Position numbers and translations under genes: made by a program. The notes beneath the pieces were generated by a model. The model was not told the DNA's origin. It saw only the letters and a program-made list of their open reading frames with translations, and searched no databases. A stretch of DNA of 64,000 nt from Tubulanus polymorphus. Its lineage: Eukaryota > Animalia > Nemertea. The stretch spans positions 17,298,110 through 17,362,109 of the forward strand of contig NC_134030.1 in assembly GCF_964204645.1 (NCBI RefSeq), read 5' to 3'. Positions 22,882 to 36,816 of this stretch are shown in pieces. Numbering within the stretch: position 1 is the first letter of the stretch; every line of letters begins with the position of its first letter.

Positions 22882-25800
22882 TGTCGGGCATTTTCGCTAC
22901 ACATATTAGCTTGTATTATCCTTTGTACTTCAAGTTAAATGTTAAATCTGTAGTGTAAATGTGCCTTGTAATATATGTTTTGTAGAAACGGCAATAAAAG
23001 AAAGAATGATGCCAGTTTAGAAAATTAGTGGTTTAATCATATCGATTCGGGCGACCATATAATTTAGAAGAATTTGAATACCACTTGAGATATGGCTTCA
23101 ACCGAAGAGTTAATTCGTTCAAGAGCAGGCTATAAATCAGTCGTGACAAGAAAGTCAAATCTCCTGCGAAAGGCTATGAAGGAGAACAATAGCGCCGAAA
23201 TACAAGGTAATTTAGAAAGCCTTAAAGTCGCCTGGTCAAAATTTGATGAAGCCCATAATTTGGTACGCAACGAATTGGATGACGACGATGAAATCGAAAA
23301 ATCGTTTTTATACTTTGAGAAAGAAGAAGCGAAGTATAAAGAATTAATATTCAAGGTTTCTTCACGCCCCGACAGCCCTGACCCAATGCCGTCTAAAGAC
23401 GTCAGCGAACCAGACGACTGTAAAACCATGGTGAAAAATTTGATGAAAATGTCACTGCCTCAGCGTGAAATGCCTGTGTTCTCTGGAGACCCCTGCGAAT
23501 ACCATTATTTTATGAAGGCTTTCGAAAGTCTTATAGAAGCTAAAACCGAAAATAGCAGTGAGCGTTTATATTATCTTGCTCAGTATACGAGAGGGGACGT
23601 TAAAGAACTCGTTAAAAGCTGTTTAATGAAAGATCCTGACGTTGGATTTGCGGAAGCTAAACGTTTGTTGAAAAGTAGGTTTGGAAATAACTATTCGATA
23701 GGTACTTTTCTTGTCGAAAAAATCGTCGATGGGCCGCTTATCAGTCTGAAGATCGTCACGCGTTGCAGAATTATTCCGTCCATTTAGCTAGTTGTAAGAA
23801 CACCCTCGATGATATAGGCTATCTGAGCAAGGCTGAGAACCCAGATAATTTGCGAAAAATCGTTAATAGGCTACCTTTTGAGTTACGTAAGAAGTGGCGT
23901 ACTAAGGCGGATTATACATATGATAATCGAGAAATTCGTCTAGATGATATTTCATCGTTTATCGAAACTGAAGCTCGCGTTGTGAACCATCCCGTTTTTG
24001 GCAATATATCAGATAGGCTAGTGGGAAAGCTACAAAATACGATTCTAAAAAATCTAGCCAAAAAGATCAATACATTAATCATCGAGGCGTCGTTGCTAGT
24101 TCAAACGTGACGTCAAATGCGCCGAATACTCGTCCGGTCGTTTCTACACAATGCAGTGTATGTATGAGTGCCGATCATTGTACCGACGACTGTGCCTCGC
24201 TCAAAGAAAAGCCAACAAAAAGGGTTGTGCTTTAACTGCTTGAAACCGCACCACCGAGCGCGTCAATGCCGTAGTAGAAAGACGTGTGAAGCGTGTAATG
24301 GTAAACACGCGACTTTAACTTCACCGTTACAGTAACACAAGCTCAGGCCCTACGGTACAATTTTCGCCTATTGCCTCTCCCCCCGTTAATTTCGGTCATC
24401 CGCAGACACCACGCTGAGCAGACAATTATTTTATAAAACAAGATGTTAAATTTCGCGTTGGGCTACCTATCGTACCCATGAGAGTTAAAAAGACAGGAAG
24501 TGACGCTGAAACCTTGACGTATGCGTTGCTTGACAGCGGGAGTAACTCGACATTCTGTACAGAAAAATTATTGAGAGATTTAGACTGTCCTAAAGGTGAC
24601 AGACAGACTCGATTTTCACTGTCTACGCTCTCTGAAGCAAGCGGAATTGTTAATTCGTATATCTCTGATCTTGAGGTGTATGACTTGAGCGAAAATCTCA
24701 TGATCGAGCTGTCTAACGTTTATTCCCGTCCAGCGTTACCAATGACTCAAGACGATATACCACGACAGTGTGACTTGGAGCGCTGGCCTTATTTGCATGA
24801 CGTTGTTTTATCCGACGTTAGTGCTGATGTTGGATTAATTATTGGTAACGATAATCATCATGCGTTGGAACCTATAGAAATTATAAATAGCCGTGATGGA
24901 GGTTCCTTCGCTGTGAAGACAAATTTTGGATGGGCCGTGAATGGGCCATTAGGAGGAAAAATTGTTAGACCATGTATTGTCAATAGTGTTAGGACGGATA
25001 TGCTTTTAACTAAGCAATTTAAATCCTATTGTAATATGGAGTTTTCGGTCAAAAACGCAAACGACGCAACCGATATGTCTCACGAGGACAGAAGAGCGTT
25101 AGAAATAATGGATCAATCGACCGTATTGACCGATGATGGACACTATCAAATGGATTTTCCTTGGAGAAGCAACCCGCCAAAACTTCCTAACAACAAGTCA
25201 GTGGCCGTCCATCGACTTAGATTACTGAAAAAGCGTTAAGCTTTCGATCCAACTCTACTACAGGGGTATGCATCTTCTGTCGACAAGATGATTGAGTCAG
25301 GATTTTGTGCAAGGGTACTGGATACAGAAGTGAGCAGATCTGATGGTTTGGTGTGGTACCTGCCCCATCACCACGTCTTCCATCCTACTAAAAAAAAATG
25401 CGAGTGGTTTTCGACTGCGCTTCAAAGTACTTTGGCGAATCGCTCAATGACCGTTTATTACAGGGACCGGACTTGACAAACGCACTCACTACCGTATTAA
25501 CGAGGTTCAGACAGGAAAGGGTAGCCTTCATCGCTGACATCGAGGGGATGTTTCATCAGGTGCGCGTAACTCCTTCGATGCGCGATGTCCTTCGTTTCTT
25601 ATGGTGGACAAATCATGATATTGAATCTGAGCCAGAAGAATATCGCATGAAGGTTCATTTGTTCGGTGCCACCTCTTCACCGAGTTGTAGTAACTATGCT
25701 TTACGACGGACTGCAACGGACAACATGGATGCCTTTGACGATGAAGTTATCAACACAGTACTACACAACTTCTTCGTCGATGATTGTCTACGTTCACTTA

Positions 25801-28631
25801 ACACCGACACTGAAGCCTTACCTTGTCAGGCAGTTGATAGACTTACTACACCGCGGTGGGTTTCGTTTGACTCAAATTTCATCCAACTCGAGAGTTCTTC
25901 TCGATTCTATCCCCCAGAGTGAAACAGCAAAAACCATTAAAGACCTTGATTTAGACGAAGAGAGTCTGACTATTGAAAGAGCACTTGGGGTATTGTGGAA
26001 TATGGAGGATGACCAATTTATCTTCAAGGTAAAGATTTAAAAAAACGCTAAACGAAAGACGCGACGTGGTGTCTTATCAACCGTCAGCTCATTATATGAC
26101 CCACTTGGTTTTTCAGCACCCTTATCGCTACCCGTCAAAACACTCCTACAGGAACTGTGCCGTTTGAAATACGGTTGGGATGATATTATGCCACAACGGT
26201 ATGACGAATTCTGGGCTGACTGGTTAAATGAGTTACCTGCATTAGAAAACTTCAAGATAAATCGCTGTTTTAAACCCTATGAATTTGATGATCGAACTTC
26301 AACAATTCAGTGCATCATTTCTCCGACGCATCCGATGCTGGGTACGGCGCAGTGAGCTATTTGAGATTGAAAGACGGTGACAGGATTCAATGTAGCTTCG
26401 TTCTCGGGAAGTCGCGAGTGACTCCTCTTAAATCCGTTACTATTCCCCGACTGGAGTTGGCCGCCGCTGTATTAGCCACCCGACTCGAGAATGATATCTA
26501 ACGACCTACAGGTACCTATCGACCGGACTTACTTTTGGACTGACAGTACGGCCGTTTTGAAATACATAAAAAACGAGGACAAACGCTTTCAAGTCTACGT
26601 CGCAAATAGGATTTCGAAAATCAGAGAACAATCGCGCCCAAACCAGTGGCATTTCGTCAACGGAAAATCAAACCCGGCTGACGACGCGTCCAGGGGACTA
26701 ACAGTTTCGGATCTACTGAATAACCCTCGTTGGATATCGGGACCGGAGTTTCTTTGGAGAAATGAAGACATGTGGCCAGATCAACCTGTCGATTTAGGAC
26801 ATGTTAACATTTCCGACCCCGAGATAAAGAAAACAGTTATCTCGCATACAGTTAATACTGACGAAGATTATTTGATGCAATTTTTCCAAAGGTTTTCTTC
26901 ATGGATGAAACTTAAGAGGTGCGTTGCCTTAATCCTTCGTTTTAAAGCTCGCCTTGTAAGACAATTTAGAAACGACAATACTGAACTTCGGACTGGTAGA
27001 ATCACCGTATATCTGAGTTGAGAACCGCCGAGAGAGCGATATTAAGATACGTACAACGACATTACTATCCGGAGGAATGTGACGCTAAAAAACTTAAGAG
27101 AACTAGTGCCATTATATCCCTTGACCCTGTACAAATTAATTCTTTGCTCTGCGTCGGTGGTCGCCTGGGCCGATCTTCGCTGCCACGTGAAATGAAAACC
27201 CGGTAATTCTCCCAAACAAAAGTCATGTAACGTCGTTGATAATTAATAACTACCATCGCTTGTATGCACATAAATGCCGCGACCATATTTTATCAGAAAT
27301 TCGGCGAAAATTCTGGATTATAAGTGGCAAATCGGCGGTTAGATCCATAATCAGTGAATATTGTATACCCTGTATAAAACTCAAAGCGAAAGTCGTTGAA
27401 CAAAAAATGTCCGATTTGCCGGTCGATCGAATAACGCCCGGTCTGCCGCCATTTAGGAATGTTGGCGTCGATTATTTCGGCCCGTTCTGGTAAAACGCGG
27501 TAGTGCGAGGGTAAAGCGATACGGTTGTCTATTTACTTGCTTAGCAAGCCGCACCATCCACATAGAAGTTTCTCATTCGCTCGACACCAGTTCGTTCATA
27601 AGTTGCCTCCGTCGTTTTATGTGCCACCGTGGGAATCCTGAAAAAATTAGAAGCGATAATGGCACTAATTTCGTCGGAAGTCGGCGAGAGCTTAAAGAGG
27701 CTATCCATAGCTGGAACCAGGAGGAAGTGCATGCGTATTTGCTTCAACGTGAAGTGGATTGGGTGTTCAACCCTCCCTCCGCATCTCACATGGGAGGCGT
27801 TTGGGAGCGGATGATAAGCTCAGTAAGAGAAATATTATTATCTATCGTTGGCGAACAAATACTTGACGACGAAGGGTTAATCACAGTCATGTGTGAGGCG
27901 GTCGACCTTTGACCAGTATCTCTGATGACCACGAGGATTTAGAGGCACTGACTCCTAATCATTTGTTGCTCCTCCGATACGGTCCAGTTCTGCCTCCAGG
28001 CGAGTTTCGCGAAAGAGATCTATACGTTCGTAAGCGTTGGCGCCACATACAATACTTGGCTCTCTACTCTATTTTGGCGCAGATGGGTAGCAGAATACCT
28101 TCCGCTGCTTCAGAAACGCGTTAAATGGTTTTCTCCCAAACAGAAACTTAACCAAAGGAGATTTGATGTTGGTCGTGGACGAGCAAACACCTCGGAGCTC
28201 CTGGTTAATGGCCCGTGTCCTGGAAGCTTATCCCGGAAAAGACAACAAAGTTAGGAGCGTAAAACTTAAAACAAGGTCTTCGGTTATAACTGGACCAGTT
28301 AACAAATGTGTTTTATTGGAGGCTAGTGAATAAGACACTCTGTATATTCAATTTATCACGAATAAAATCAAGTATGATTTTTCTGCCGTTTGAGTATGTT
28401 GACTAATCATTTACAAATTGTAGTGTGGTGTTTGATGCCATACGCTATATGGTATTGTTTGTTAATATAATTCACTTGATTAAATGCCTCGAGTGAACTA
28501 CCATAATGTCATTTAACGGGGCCGGAATGTTGAGTATATACATGTAGATGGAATATTTTCAATCAAATTTAGTTTATTTTATATTCGTCGATTCAGTTAC
28601 AGATTTATTTTGTTGCATGTTTTTGGCAACA
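22882..28631 (+). mobile_element. BEL/Pao LTR retrotransposon, decayed; LTR pair not resolvable
   Basis: Continuous gag-pol remnants. PPT-like AACGGGGCCGGAA at 28515-28527 is followed by TGTTG. Outer boundaries are approximate. Confidence 0.85.
23092..28332 (+). pseudogene. BEL/Pao gag-pol (Gag, Cys/His knuckles, protease, RT, RNase H, integrase) with multiple frameshifts
   Basis: [125 protein letters not shown]. Confidence 0.95.
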
Positions 28632-30164
28632 TTCATGCAATCGGGCATTCATAACTTAGCTTCGGATCATGGTTCCCGAAACAAGAAATAAGCTGGACCA
28701 TTACCTGCGGTAATGCAGACCATTTGCAACGTTCGTCGACGTTTGAAAATTCAAAAAAAGAGGGTTCGTTCGAACTACCGAAATCCCCCACCCCCGCCTT
28801 GTGGCGCCCATGGTCATTCAACACAGTTATCGCTGAAGTGGACCGGTACCACGACCATAACACCGAATCGTGAAAATCGTTCTTGTGTAACGTTACTTAA
28901 AACGGCTACTGTGACTTTATCCTCGAAGGTAAAGTTGTTACAAATAATGGCATTCTATTTGACGACGGGTCACAAAAAATCTTCATTACCGAAGAGTTGG
29001 TGGATAAATTAGGGTTATCCATAATCAGGAAAGAATTAATAAATCTGTCTGGTTGCGGACAATGTACTCAAGTTGTCGTCAAATAGATGTAGTTGAAATT
29101 GTATGTAACCACATATTTGCAATGAAAGATTGGCGATAGAAACTCTTGTCGTTCCTTCTATTACATGACACTGTCAGTCCCCTCTGTTTCCGTATCGAGA
29201 ATCCCAGAATTCAGACATTTACAACTGGCACATTCGATGTTCGGTGATTCAAACATTTTCAATGTGTCATTACTAATAGGGTGTGATTTCTACTATGAAT
29301 GTGTCAATAGTTCTGAGGTAATTCGATCTAGCAATGGTCCGGTATCAGTGGGAACTAGGAACGTTCTGTTATTACGGGACCATTAAATGGTCGCACAAAC
29401 AATGCTGATGTAAACATGTTTACAATTCTAACTCAACCAGATCTTTCGAACCTTGAGAAATTTTGGAATACTCTACCTTAACTAAACAGTAACATAATAC
29501 AGTCCTCCCACATCGGTGCAGAACGATTTTGGCGGTATAGAGAGTGGTGGTATATCGGGGGTGTTTTACTATGTATTTGTAGACAGATGTACATTGAGAA
29601 AACCTGGCGGTAGACGGGGGTGGCGGTAAATGGGAGGGCGATATATCGTAGGTTCACTGTAGTACGATAACCACACTCAAACGTGATGAACAGATAATAA
29701 GTGTAATAGTGTTCTTATATTTGCGATTGTTTTAATTAATAAATCATCGATTGTAGAATTCTTTTAATTTGTACATAGTGGGTTTTTATCTTAATGAACT
29801 AATGTACGGTCGTACATGATCACTAGCCAGGCGTTTAGGCAGGACTCCCAAATTACTAGACAAATACAACGGTATTATCAAATACCAGCTCGAACGTGAA
29901 TTCATCGAGAAACCATCTGATCCTGATAAAATTGATTCGAATCCATTATATTCAACACCACGCAGTCTTTCGTAATTCGAGTGCAACGCCGATCAGAGTA
30001 GTATGCGATCGCAGTTGTATAGACAATCAAAAATTGTCTGCATTTGGAATGATTGTCTCGGGTCCGGTCCCCCTCTACTTCGATTATCCTCCACTACGAC
30101 ATTACTTCGATTTTAAATACGATTTAGGTTATGCAAATACGGTGTCATCACAGGCATAGAAAAA

Positions 30165-31009
30165 CGGTTTCTCCAAAACGCAGAAATGCAGAAGTGCAGA
30201 AACGCAGAAATTGGCGTGTTAATTTTACGGACAATAAAGCTAAATTGAATTTTACTTTATCCAGCTCAATTTCAGTTATCATTTCCGTTATACTGTGTTG
30301 TTGGAATTATGCACTCAGAGTTTGCTAGCACCCAGCGACTCATCACGTGACATTAGTGTCCGAAGATACAAGATACAAAAATATGCAGACAACACTGATA
30401 GCCGGCAAATTCACAATCGTTGTGAGACGATGAATGATTTACAATTAAATAAAAAAAAACTGAGATTTGTGATTCTGCTTCTTAAGAATTCATTCAAAAC
30501 CCAATGCTGAAGGACAAAAATGATAAATAAGAACGCCGAGAACGGTTTTGAAAAAATGCAGATATCATCTTACTCACAAAAAAATCCAATCATATCATTA
30601 GAAAGTTTGGAAGGGGTCCAAGAGTTTTATGCATAACCTGCAAATGTTATATTCAGCGTCTCAGGAAATCATTTACCGATGAAAAAGGAAACTCATACAT
30701 TGTTGTGGTTTAAAAGCTTCGGTGAAAACTAGTCGAAAGTTTTTTTCCAACCAAATTGTAAACGAGCACTAAGCAGTGTGAGTGAGTCGCATGTCAAATT
30801 CGTTTGCATGCAGCTTAATTAGGTCAATCGTTTGGTGGTAAGCTTTTTATAATCGGATGGGCTTATACCAACGTGTGGTTTGTGAAAATATCCGATCGTG
30901 AAACTAAACCACAGACAGGTTACGACTACACGCAGCTCTAACGAAATCTTAACATTGTCCGTAACACACCATTTCTGCGTTTCTGCATTTCTGCGTTTTG
31001 AAGAAACCG
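30165..31009. mobile_element. Mutator-like MITE inserted in the BEL RT region
   Basis: TIR CGGTTTCT(C/T)CAAAACGCAGAAATGCAGAA. 9-bp TSD ATAGAAAAA/ATGGAAAAA. It splits the IEK-AFL motif. Confidence 0.82.
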
Positions 31010-31710
31010 ATGGAAAAAGCATTTCTACACGATTTGAGCGTGTTCTGTTCGGAGCAAGATTTTCTCCATTCACGTTAAATTGTACGTTGATCTACCATAT
31101 AAAACTCTTTCGTGTTGAATTATCAGACTATTTTATACGCGATATATATGTTGACAATGTCAGTACTAGTATGCAATCTTCTTCTGAAATAGTAAAATTC
31201 TTTAAATAGGCTAGATAATTGAAAAGCACGGCTATTTTCAATTTTCGTAGCTGGTCTTCTAACTCTTCAGAATTGTGTCAGCTAGCTATTAAAGAAGGTG
31301 TCTTTAAAGGTTTTGGAATAGTAAAGAATTTAGGTCACATGCGGCATCTTTGGATAGGAAAATTTGAATGGGACGAAATTCTCCCAACTGAAATCTTGCA
31401 ATGGCAGAGCATTATTGCTGATATAGGTACGGTACTGCATTAAACATATATACCCCTAGGCTTTAGTTCGAAAATGGGCTTCAGGTAATATCAGAAAGTA
31501 CAGAATTTGCATATTTTCGCCGATGCCAGTACTAGAGCTTTCGGTGCTGTCGCGTATCTAAGGCAGGGGTCATTTTCCTCATTTGTAATTTCAAAATCTC
31601 GAGTAGCTCCTATCAGAGAACTAACAGTTTCCAAACTGGAACTCATGGAGGCTACCATTGCTGCACGATTAGCTAAACGCGTAAGCACATCCGCACATCG
31701 ATTGAGATGA

Positions 31711-32230
31711 CAACAAATGTAAAAATATAGCTGCAAAGCAGCGATAACGGGTTTTCTGGATGCATGTGATCGAAAGGAAAAATTAATTACCGGGTATTCG
31801 ATGGAAAAAATAAAATGAGATGATTTGGATATTATCGGAGCAATCCTCTTTTTGGTTGAATGGTCTAACCCCAGTATAGTCCCCCGTGATTTGGAAATTC
31901 TCGGAGCCCTCCTTTATTTACTTAATAAATGACGTCACAAACTGTTATTTCGCCGGTGCTTGTTGTCTAACAATTCAATTCAATTCTTTATTTACAGTAA
32001 CCTAATAAGTAATTTTAAGTTTCAAATAGGATGGAAAGTACATTCAGACAATCTGTTGGTTCAGAGAGACCGTTATTACAGTATCAATTTATACATTTCG
32101 TTTCGAAGCTGTCAGTTGCCGAATCTGAATGAAGATGAATTTTATTTGACGAAATCGGCGGAAAATATATAATAATAATAATCAACAGAATTTCAAGAGG
32201 GTTTTCGACGAAAGTCAGAAAACCCTAATA
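31711..32230. mobile_element. Probable Helentron-type (HINE) non-autonomous insertion
   Basis: Interrupts BEL RNase H. Ends with (AAT)n and the hairpin AGGGTTTTC-GACGAAAGTC-AGAAAACCCT before an A-rich site. Confidence 0.5.
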
Positions 32231-33405
32231 AACACACATTTCTGTACTGATAGCATGATCGTATTAGGATGGTTGTATTCCGAAAAATCATGTCCTGTGT
32301 TCGTTTCAAATCGGTTGAAGGAAATCAAAAGTTTGACCGAAGTCGAACAATGGAAATTGTGTTCCACAAATGAAAACCCAGCTGACTTGCTGACTCGTGG
32401 GCTGAATCCTCCTACGTTTTCTAGTCAATGCTTTACAGGTCCTGAATTTATTTCAAACAAGGCTATCAGACCAGAAGCAATCGAAAGAAAAACTGATTGT
32501 ATGTATCGTTGTTGTCTACTGACAAATAAACCATTAACGTTCACAATGCTTTGTCAATCGATTCGATAATGAATCTCTCAGAATTGATAGATGTGAATAG
32601 ATTTTCATCATATCATAATCTATTAAATGTAATTGCGTTAGAGTTAGGATTTGTTGAAAACTGCAAATTGAGAAAATCCGATAGGAATTACAATGAATTA
32701 AGATGTGAAGAAATCAGTCGGGTTGAAACTATGTAGTTGAAAAGGTATCATGAAAAATAATTTTTTGATGTGAGACAATTTCTGTCAGGTAAACAAAAGA
32801 AACGATCTTCGATTGCGTATAAAACCCGCAATAATCTCGCACCGATCGAGTTCTCGGACATTCGAGTGTCTTTTTAGACAGAGAGATTGATATGAACAGA
32901 CACTCAAATCTCTGACTGGAACTGCTCTTAAGAATATACTATCACAGATATTAAGACCGATTCACGATAACCAAATATCTATCTTGTTAATTCTCCGGCA
33001 ATCGATGTCAGCGATAGGTTAGAAACTTATAGATAACAGCATGTGGTTTATTACATATGGATATTAGTTAACTGTGATAGGACAGTAATTTATTCTTTTG
33101 GTCGAAGTATGAAAATACAATTCCTGCAGTCTGTCTTAATATGAATGATAGTATTGCCTTAAGAACCATTTGCGCCGATCCGCAGCCACATTTATGTTGT
33201 AGTTTAAGAATGTCGGTTTCTTGTAAGCGTTGGTGTTTGTTTAGAAGCGTTAAATCATAACGTTGTGCTAAACGTTACGGGGTGGTAGCAGGATGCTTTG
33301 ATTTTACAAGCGCTGACCATAAATCAGCCTTGTGTAAAAATAATTCTGCGTCGGTACTTGCTGTGGAAATATCTGGCGAAGATTCAGATTATCTGTTAAT
33401 AGAAC

Positions 33406-36275
33406 TGTAGCACCCTGAGATTTCCACCTCGCAAGCACAGGGTAACTACGCAAAAAATCCTTAAGTCGACGATCAGGAACCAACGACGAGAAAACGTTCT
33501 TAAAACTTCAAACCGTAAATTTCACTTTATTTTCTTCGATATATCGAAGAGACGAGGCTGGACATCCAACCCGCTCAAAAGCTACAACTCGAATCTCTGA
33601 TTTCTTTCAACAAATTTTGAACCGGATGCTATTACATAAGACATCAAGGGTGGCAGAGACGAGAAGGCAGTTATCAAAACAATACAAACTGACTGACACT
33701 TCAAGTACATTTCTAAAACAAACAAACAAACAGTCCGACACTCCAAAACTGATTGCCATCCTGCCCCCTTAGTAACATCGATGAAAATAAGACAATATTT
33801 GTAAAATAAGAAATAGAATTCATAACTAGACCTAAAAATGCTCTGTTAATTTAGACTAAGTTTAGTTAAATATCTACGGTGTTATATTCTCCCATTGCTT
33901 CTCCTTCAACTTTTGCATGTAATGCAAAAGTTGAGTACATTATGTAAAAATCCATTCTTATTGGTATATCATTTTAAACTGATGATTAATAGAATATGTA
34001 TAAAATGCTCTGTGTTTGCAATTTAACTTATTTGAGTTACAATTAGAATACAATAAACAAACACATTTACGTTGTTTGAGGAAATTAACTATGGTAGAAG
34101 CAGTAAAGATGTATTTCATATTATGATATATATGATTTTGCTTTCTAGATTATTCCTTAAAAATTAACAATACAATCATTTTAAAAGGGTAGGGTTACCA
34201 GTCTTCCCTATGGCACGGAATGACTGTAAGTTATTAAAAAGGTTTTTTTTGTAGATGAAATGTACTAAACCCACCACCATTGATGAATGATATATATATA
34301 TGCTAATATGGTTACATTATGCTAAAATGGAATATCTGCGAATACAAATACTTAAAGAAGACACAAAACGTTCAGATCAATTACGTGACAATACAAAAAC
34401 AATGAAATTACATAAATGACACATAGTCTATCCTAGGTTTTAAAATAAATCATTCTTCTCTTCTTATGTGATGCAGAAAGGGAATCAGCAGACGTATACT
34501 GAATAATCCTTTTATTTCAATCATTACGTATATACTTTTATTTTTACCGCAACTCTTGTGTATGTATTCATATCATTAAATTTAACTTCCTATCAATCCC
34601 ACATATTTTAATATTCATATAATTCTCTTCTTATCTGCTGTGACATACAGCAAGTCTAATCTTACATTGTCATTATTTTTCCAATCGATCTCACTTAACA
34701 TTAATCATGCTCGTAGACGTGTACTAAGCAATTAATAGTTAGTTTTCATACATATGATATTGGCAAATAAATTCAACTATGTACTAAATAATTTCTTCAT
34801 TGTGCTAGCGGACGTGAGCAAAACACAAGAACTCCCTTAAATACATTTATTTTCTATAGCTGTTTGAGCGTCTTTTCTTCGATTTTCTGACGCTTTCAGA
34901 CGGTAGGCGCGCTGTCCCAGAATCTGTACTGTTGGGACAGAGATTTAAACTGCTCATGATCTGCATCGAGCGATAAACTTGTTGTTCAAGCGCAGGAATA
35001 CGAACGCACATTCCAGTGTATTTCTTTTCGAGCTCTTGGTTTTCGAATTTTAGCCGGTTATTTTCTGTGGTCATATTTCGAATAAAATTTTCCTTTTTGG
35101 CTGTTTGCGAATTTGAAGTTTCTAACCACGGCGCAACGTTTAAAACGGTATTTTCAATGGTGCACTGAGAACTGGCATCACATAAAGTCTTTTCAAATGG
35201 CAATAAATCGCATTGAACGCAAATATCTTTATCCGAAACTTCGAGTTGAGTTTGAACGCTTACGTCTCGGAGCCATGGATCCTCAAGCGCATCATGCCAA
35301 AAGTCTGACGGTTGATCACGATTTGTTGATGATATCTGACACGATAGTTCCGAATTTCGATATTCAACAGATTTCAGTTTTTCATTCGTGACACGAAGCT
35401 GATTTTCCAAGCTATGAATTTTCTGTTCTAACTGGCTGACTTCAAAACGCGATTCTTTCCAACGATTGTAATTGTCCATACGAATTTTGTCCCGATTTCG
35501 TTGTTTTTCGGATTTCCGACGAATAAATCTTGTTTCTCTTCTGGGAAATTTTGAGAATTGAACTGGACAAAATCTAGCGTAATGTCCGATTCCAGAACAA
35601 AGATTACACACAATTTTGATTGATTTACCGTAACAGTGCGCATCCGTTCGATGTCCTTTTTGCCTCCATTCCGGATGTGAATTCCAACGTATTGTCATCT
35701 TGAAGCTGGGGAACTTAGCGACAGATAGTTCAGCACTCACTTTAGCTCGAGGACAGATACCTAGGTTTTTCTTTATCGTGCCCGGGTTCTCCACCAGTTG
35801 TAGCACCCTGAGATTTCCGCCTCGCAAGCCCAGGGTAACTACGTAAAAAATCCTTAGGTCGACGATCAGGAACCAACGACGAGAAAACGTTCTTAAAACT
35901 TCAAACCGTAAATTTCACTTTATTTTCTTCGATATATCGAAGAGACGAGGCTGGACATCCAACCCGCTCAAAAGCTACAACTCGAATCTCTGATTTCTTT
36001 CAACAAATTTTGAACCGGATGCTATTACATAAGACATCAAGGGTGGCAGAGACCAGAAGGCGGTTATCAAAACAATACAAACTGACTGACACTTCAAGTA
36101 CATTTCTAAAACAAACAAACAGTCGGACACTCCAAAACTGATTGCCATCCTGCCCCCTTAGTAACATCGATGAAAATAAGACAATATTTGTAAAATAAGA
36201 AATAGAATTCATAACTAGACCTAAAAATGCTCTGTTAATTTAGACTAAATTTAGTTAAATATCTACGGTGTTATA
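33406..36275 (-). mobile_element. Complete non-autonomous LTR retrotransposon carrying one Gag-like ORF
   Basis: Near-identical LTRs 33406-33886 and 35799-36275. 4-bp TSD GAAC. tRNA-Ala-type PBS TGGTGGAGAACCCGGGCA. Purine tract next to the 3' LTR. No pol. Confidence 0.92.
34847..35698 (-). CDS. CCHC zinc-knuckle plus coiled-coil protein (Gag-like/nucleocapsid), 283 aa from the first ATG after the PBS
   Basis: CNLCSGIGHYARFC, a basic stretch RRKSEKQRNRDKIRM, two coiled coils and a basic tail. The reading frame is uninterrupted. Confidence 0.75.
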   Translation of the reverse strand: MTIRWNSHPEWRQKGHRTDAHCYGKSIKIVCNLCSGIGHYARFCPVQFSKFPRRETRFIRRKSEKQRNRDKIRMDNYNRWKESRFEVSQLEQKIHSLENQLRVTNEKLKSVEYRNSELSCQISSTNRDQPSDFWHDALEDPWLRDVSVQTQLEVSDKDICVQCDLLPFEKTLCDASSQCTIENTVLNVAPWLETSNSQTAKKENFIRNMTTENNRLKFENQELEKKYTGMCVRIPALEQQVYRSMQIMSSLNLCPNSTDSGTARLPSESVRKSKKRRSNSYRK

Positions 36276-36306
36276 GAACCTCCGAGTACGTGTTTAACAG
36301 AGTACG

Positions 36307-36799
36307 TGTCACCCTGATATAAGTTGCATATTCTATAATCATATATACCTACAATTTCATATCGAATGGTTCATAATATTTCATATCTCCTACTATATAA
36401 AATGCTCAATAATGATAATTATAGTATTAATAATGTAATAGTATTAATATGTGCTTTAATCGTAATCAACATGTGACATTACTCAATATGTTTTCATAGT
36501 AATTAGCTCTAGTCAGTGCTCATCAATAATTAATTAATGTCTCTCAGACATGTCACTAGGTGTTATTTGTGAGTCCTGATGTCTACAACTTGTCTGACAC
36601 CTAGTTCTCACATCATACTCATGATTCTGTACATAAAGACTATGTAAAACTAAGATAATCATTCTCATTCCGGGATGCAATAAAGATTGTTCATATAAGG
36701 TTCAACTGCCTTGTTGTTCCTGATGGATGGAATCCTGTACCGCTGGTGTAAATGCTAGTTCCCCAGCCAGCCTGCCGACACAACAACCAGTCGGTTACA
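36307..36799 (+). mobile_element. Solo LTR
   Basis: TGTCACC...GGTTACA termini, 4-bp TSD TACG, internal AATAAA. Confidence 0.8.
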
Positions 36800-36816
36800 T
36801 ACGTACCATATCCGGT

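Larger units (their letters stand above)
28860..32760 (+). pseudogene. Second, older BEL/Pao pol remnant interrupted by several insertions
   Basis: LLIGCDFY, HYIQHHAV, FERVLFG..SPF, IYVDNV, IFADAS..AFGAVAY, SKSRVAP, KLELM, FVSNR, NPADLLTRG. Confidence 0.85.

Noticed and set aside
22882-23060. 5' LTR matching the sequence after the BEL PPT (28528 onward)
   Set aside because: No shared sequence was found between the two regions, so no LTR pair is called.
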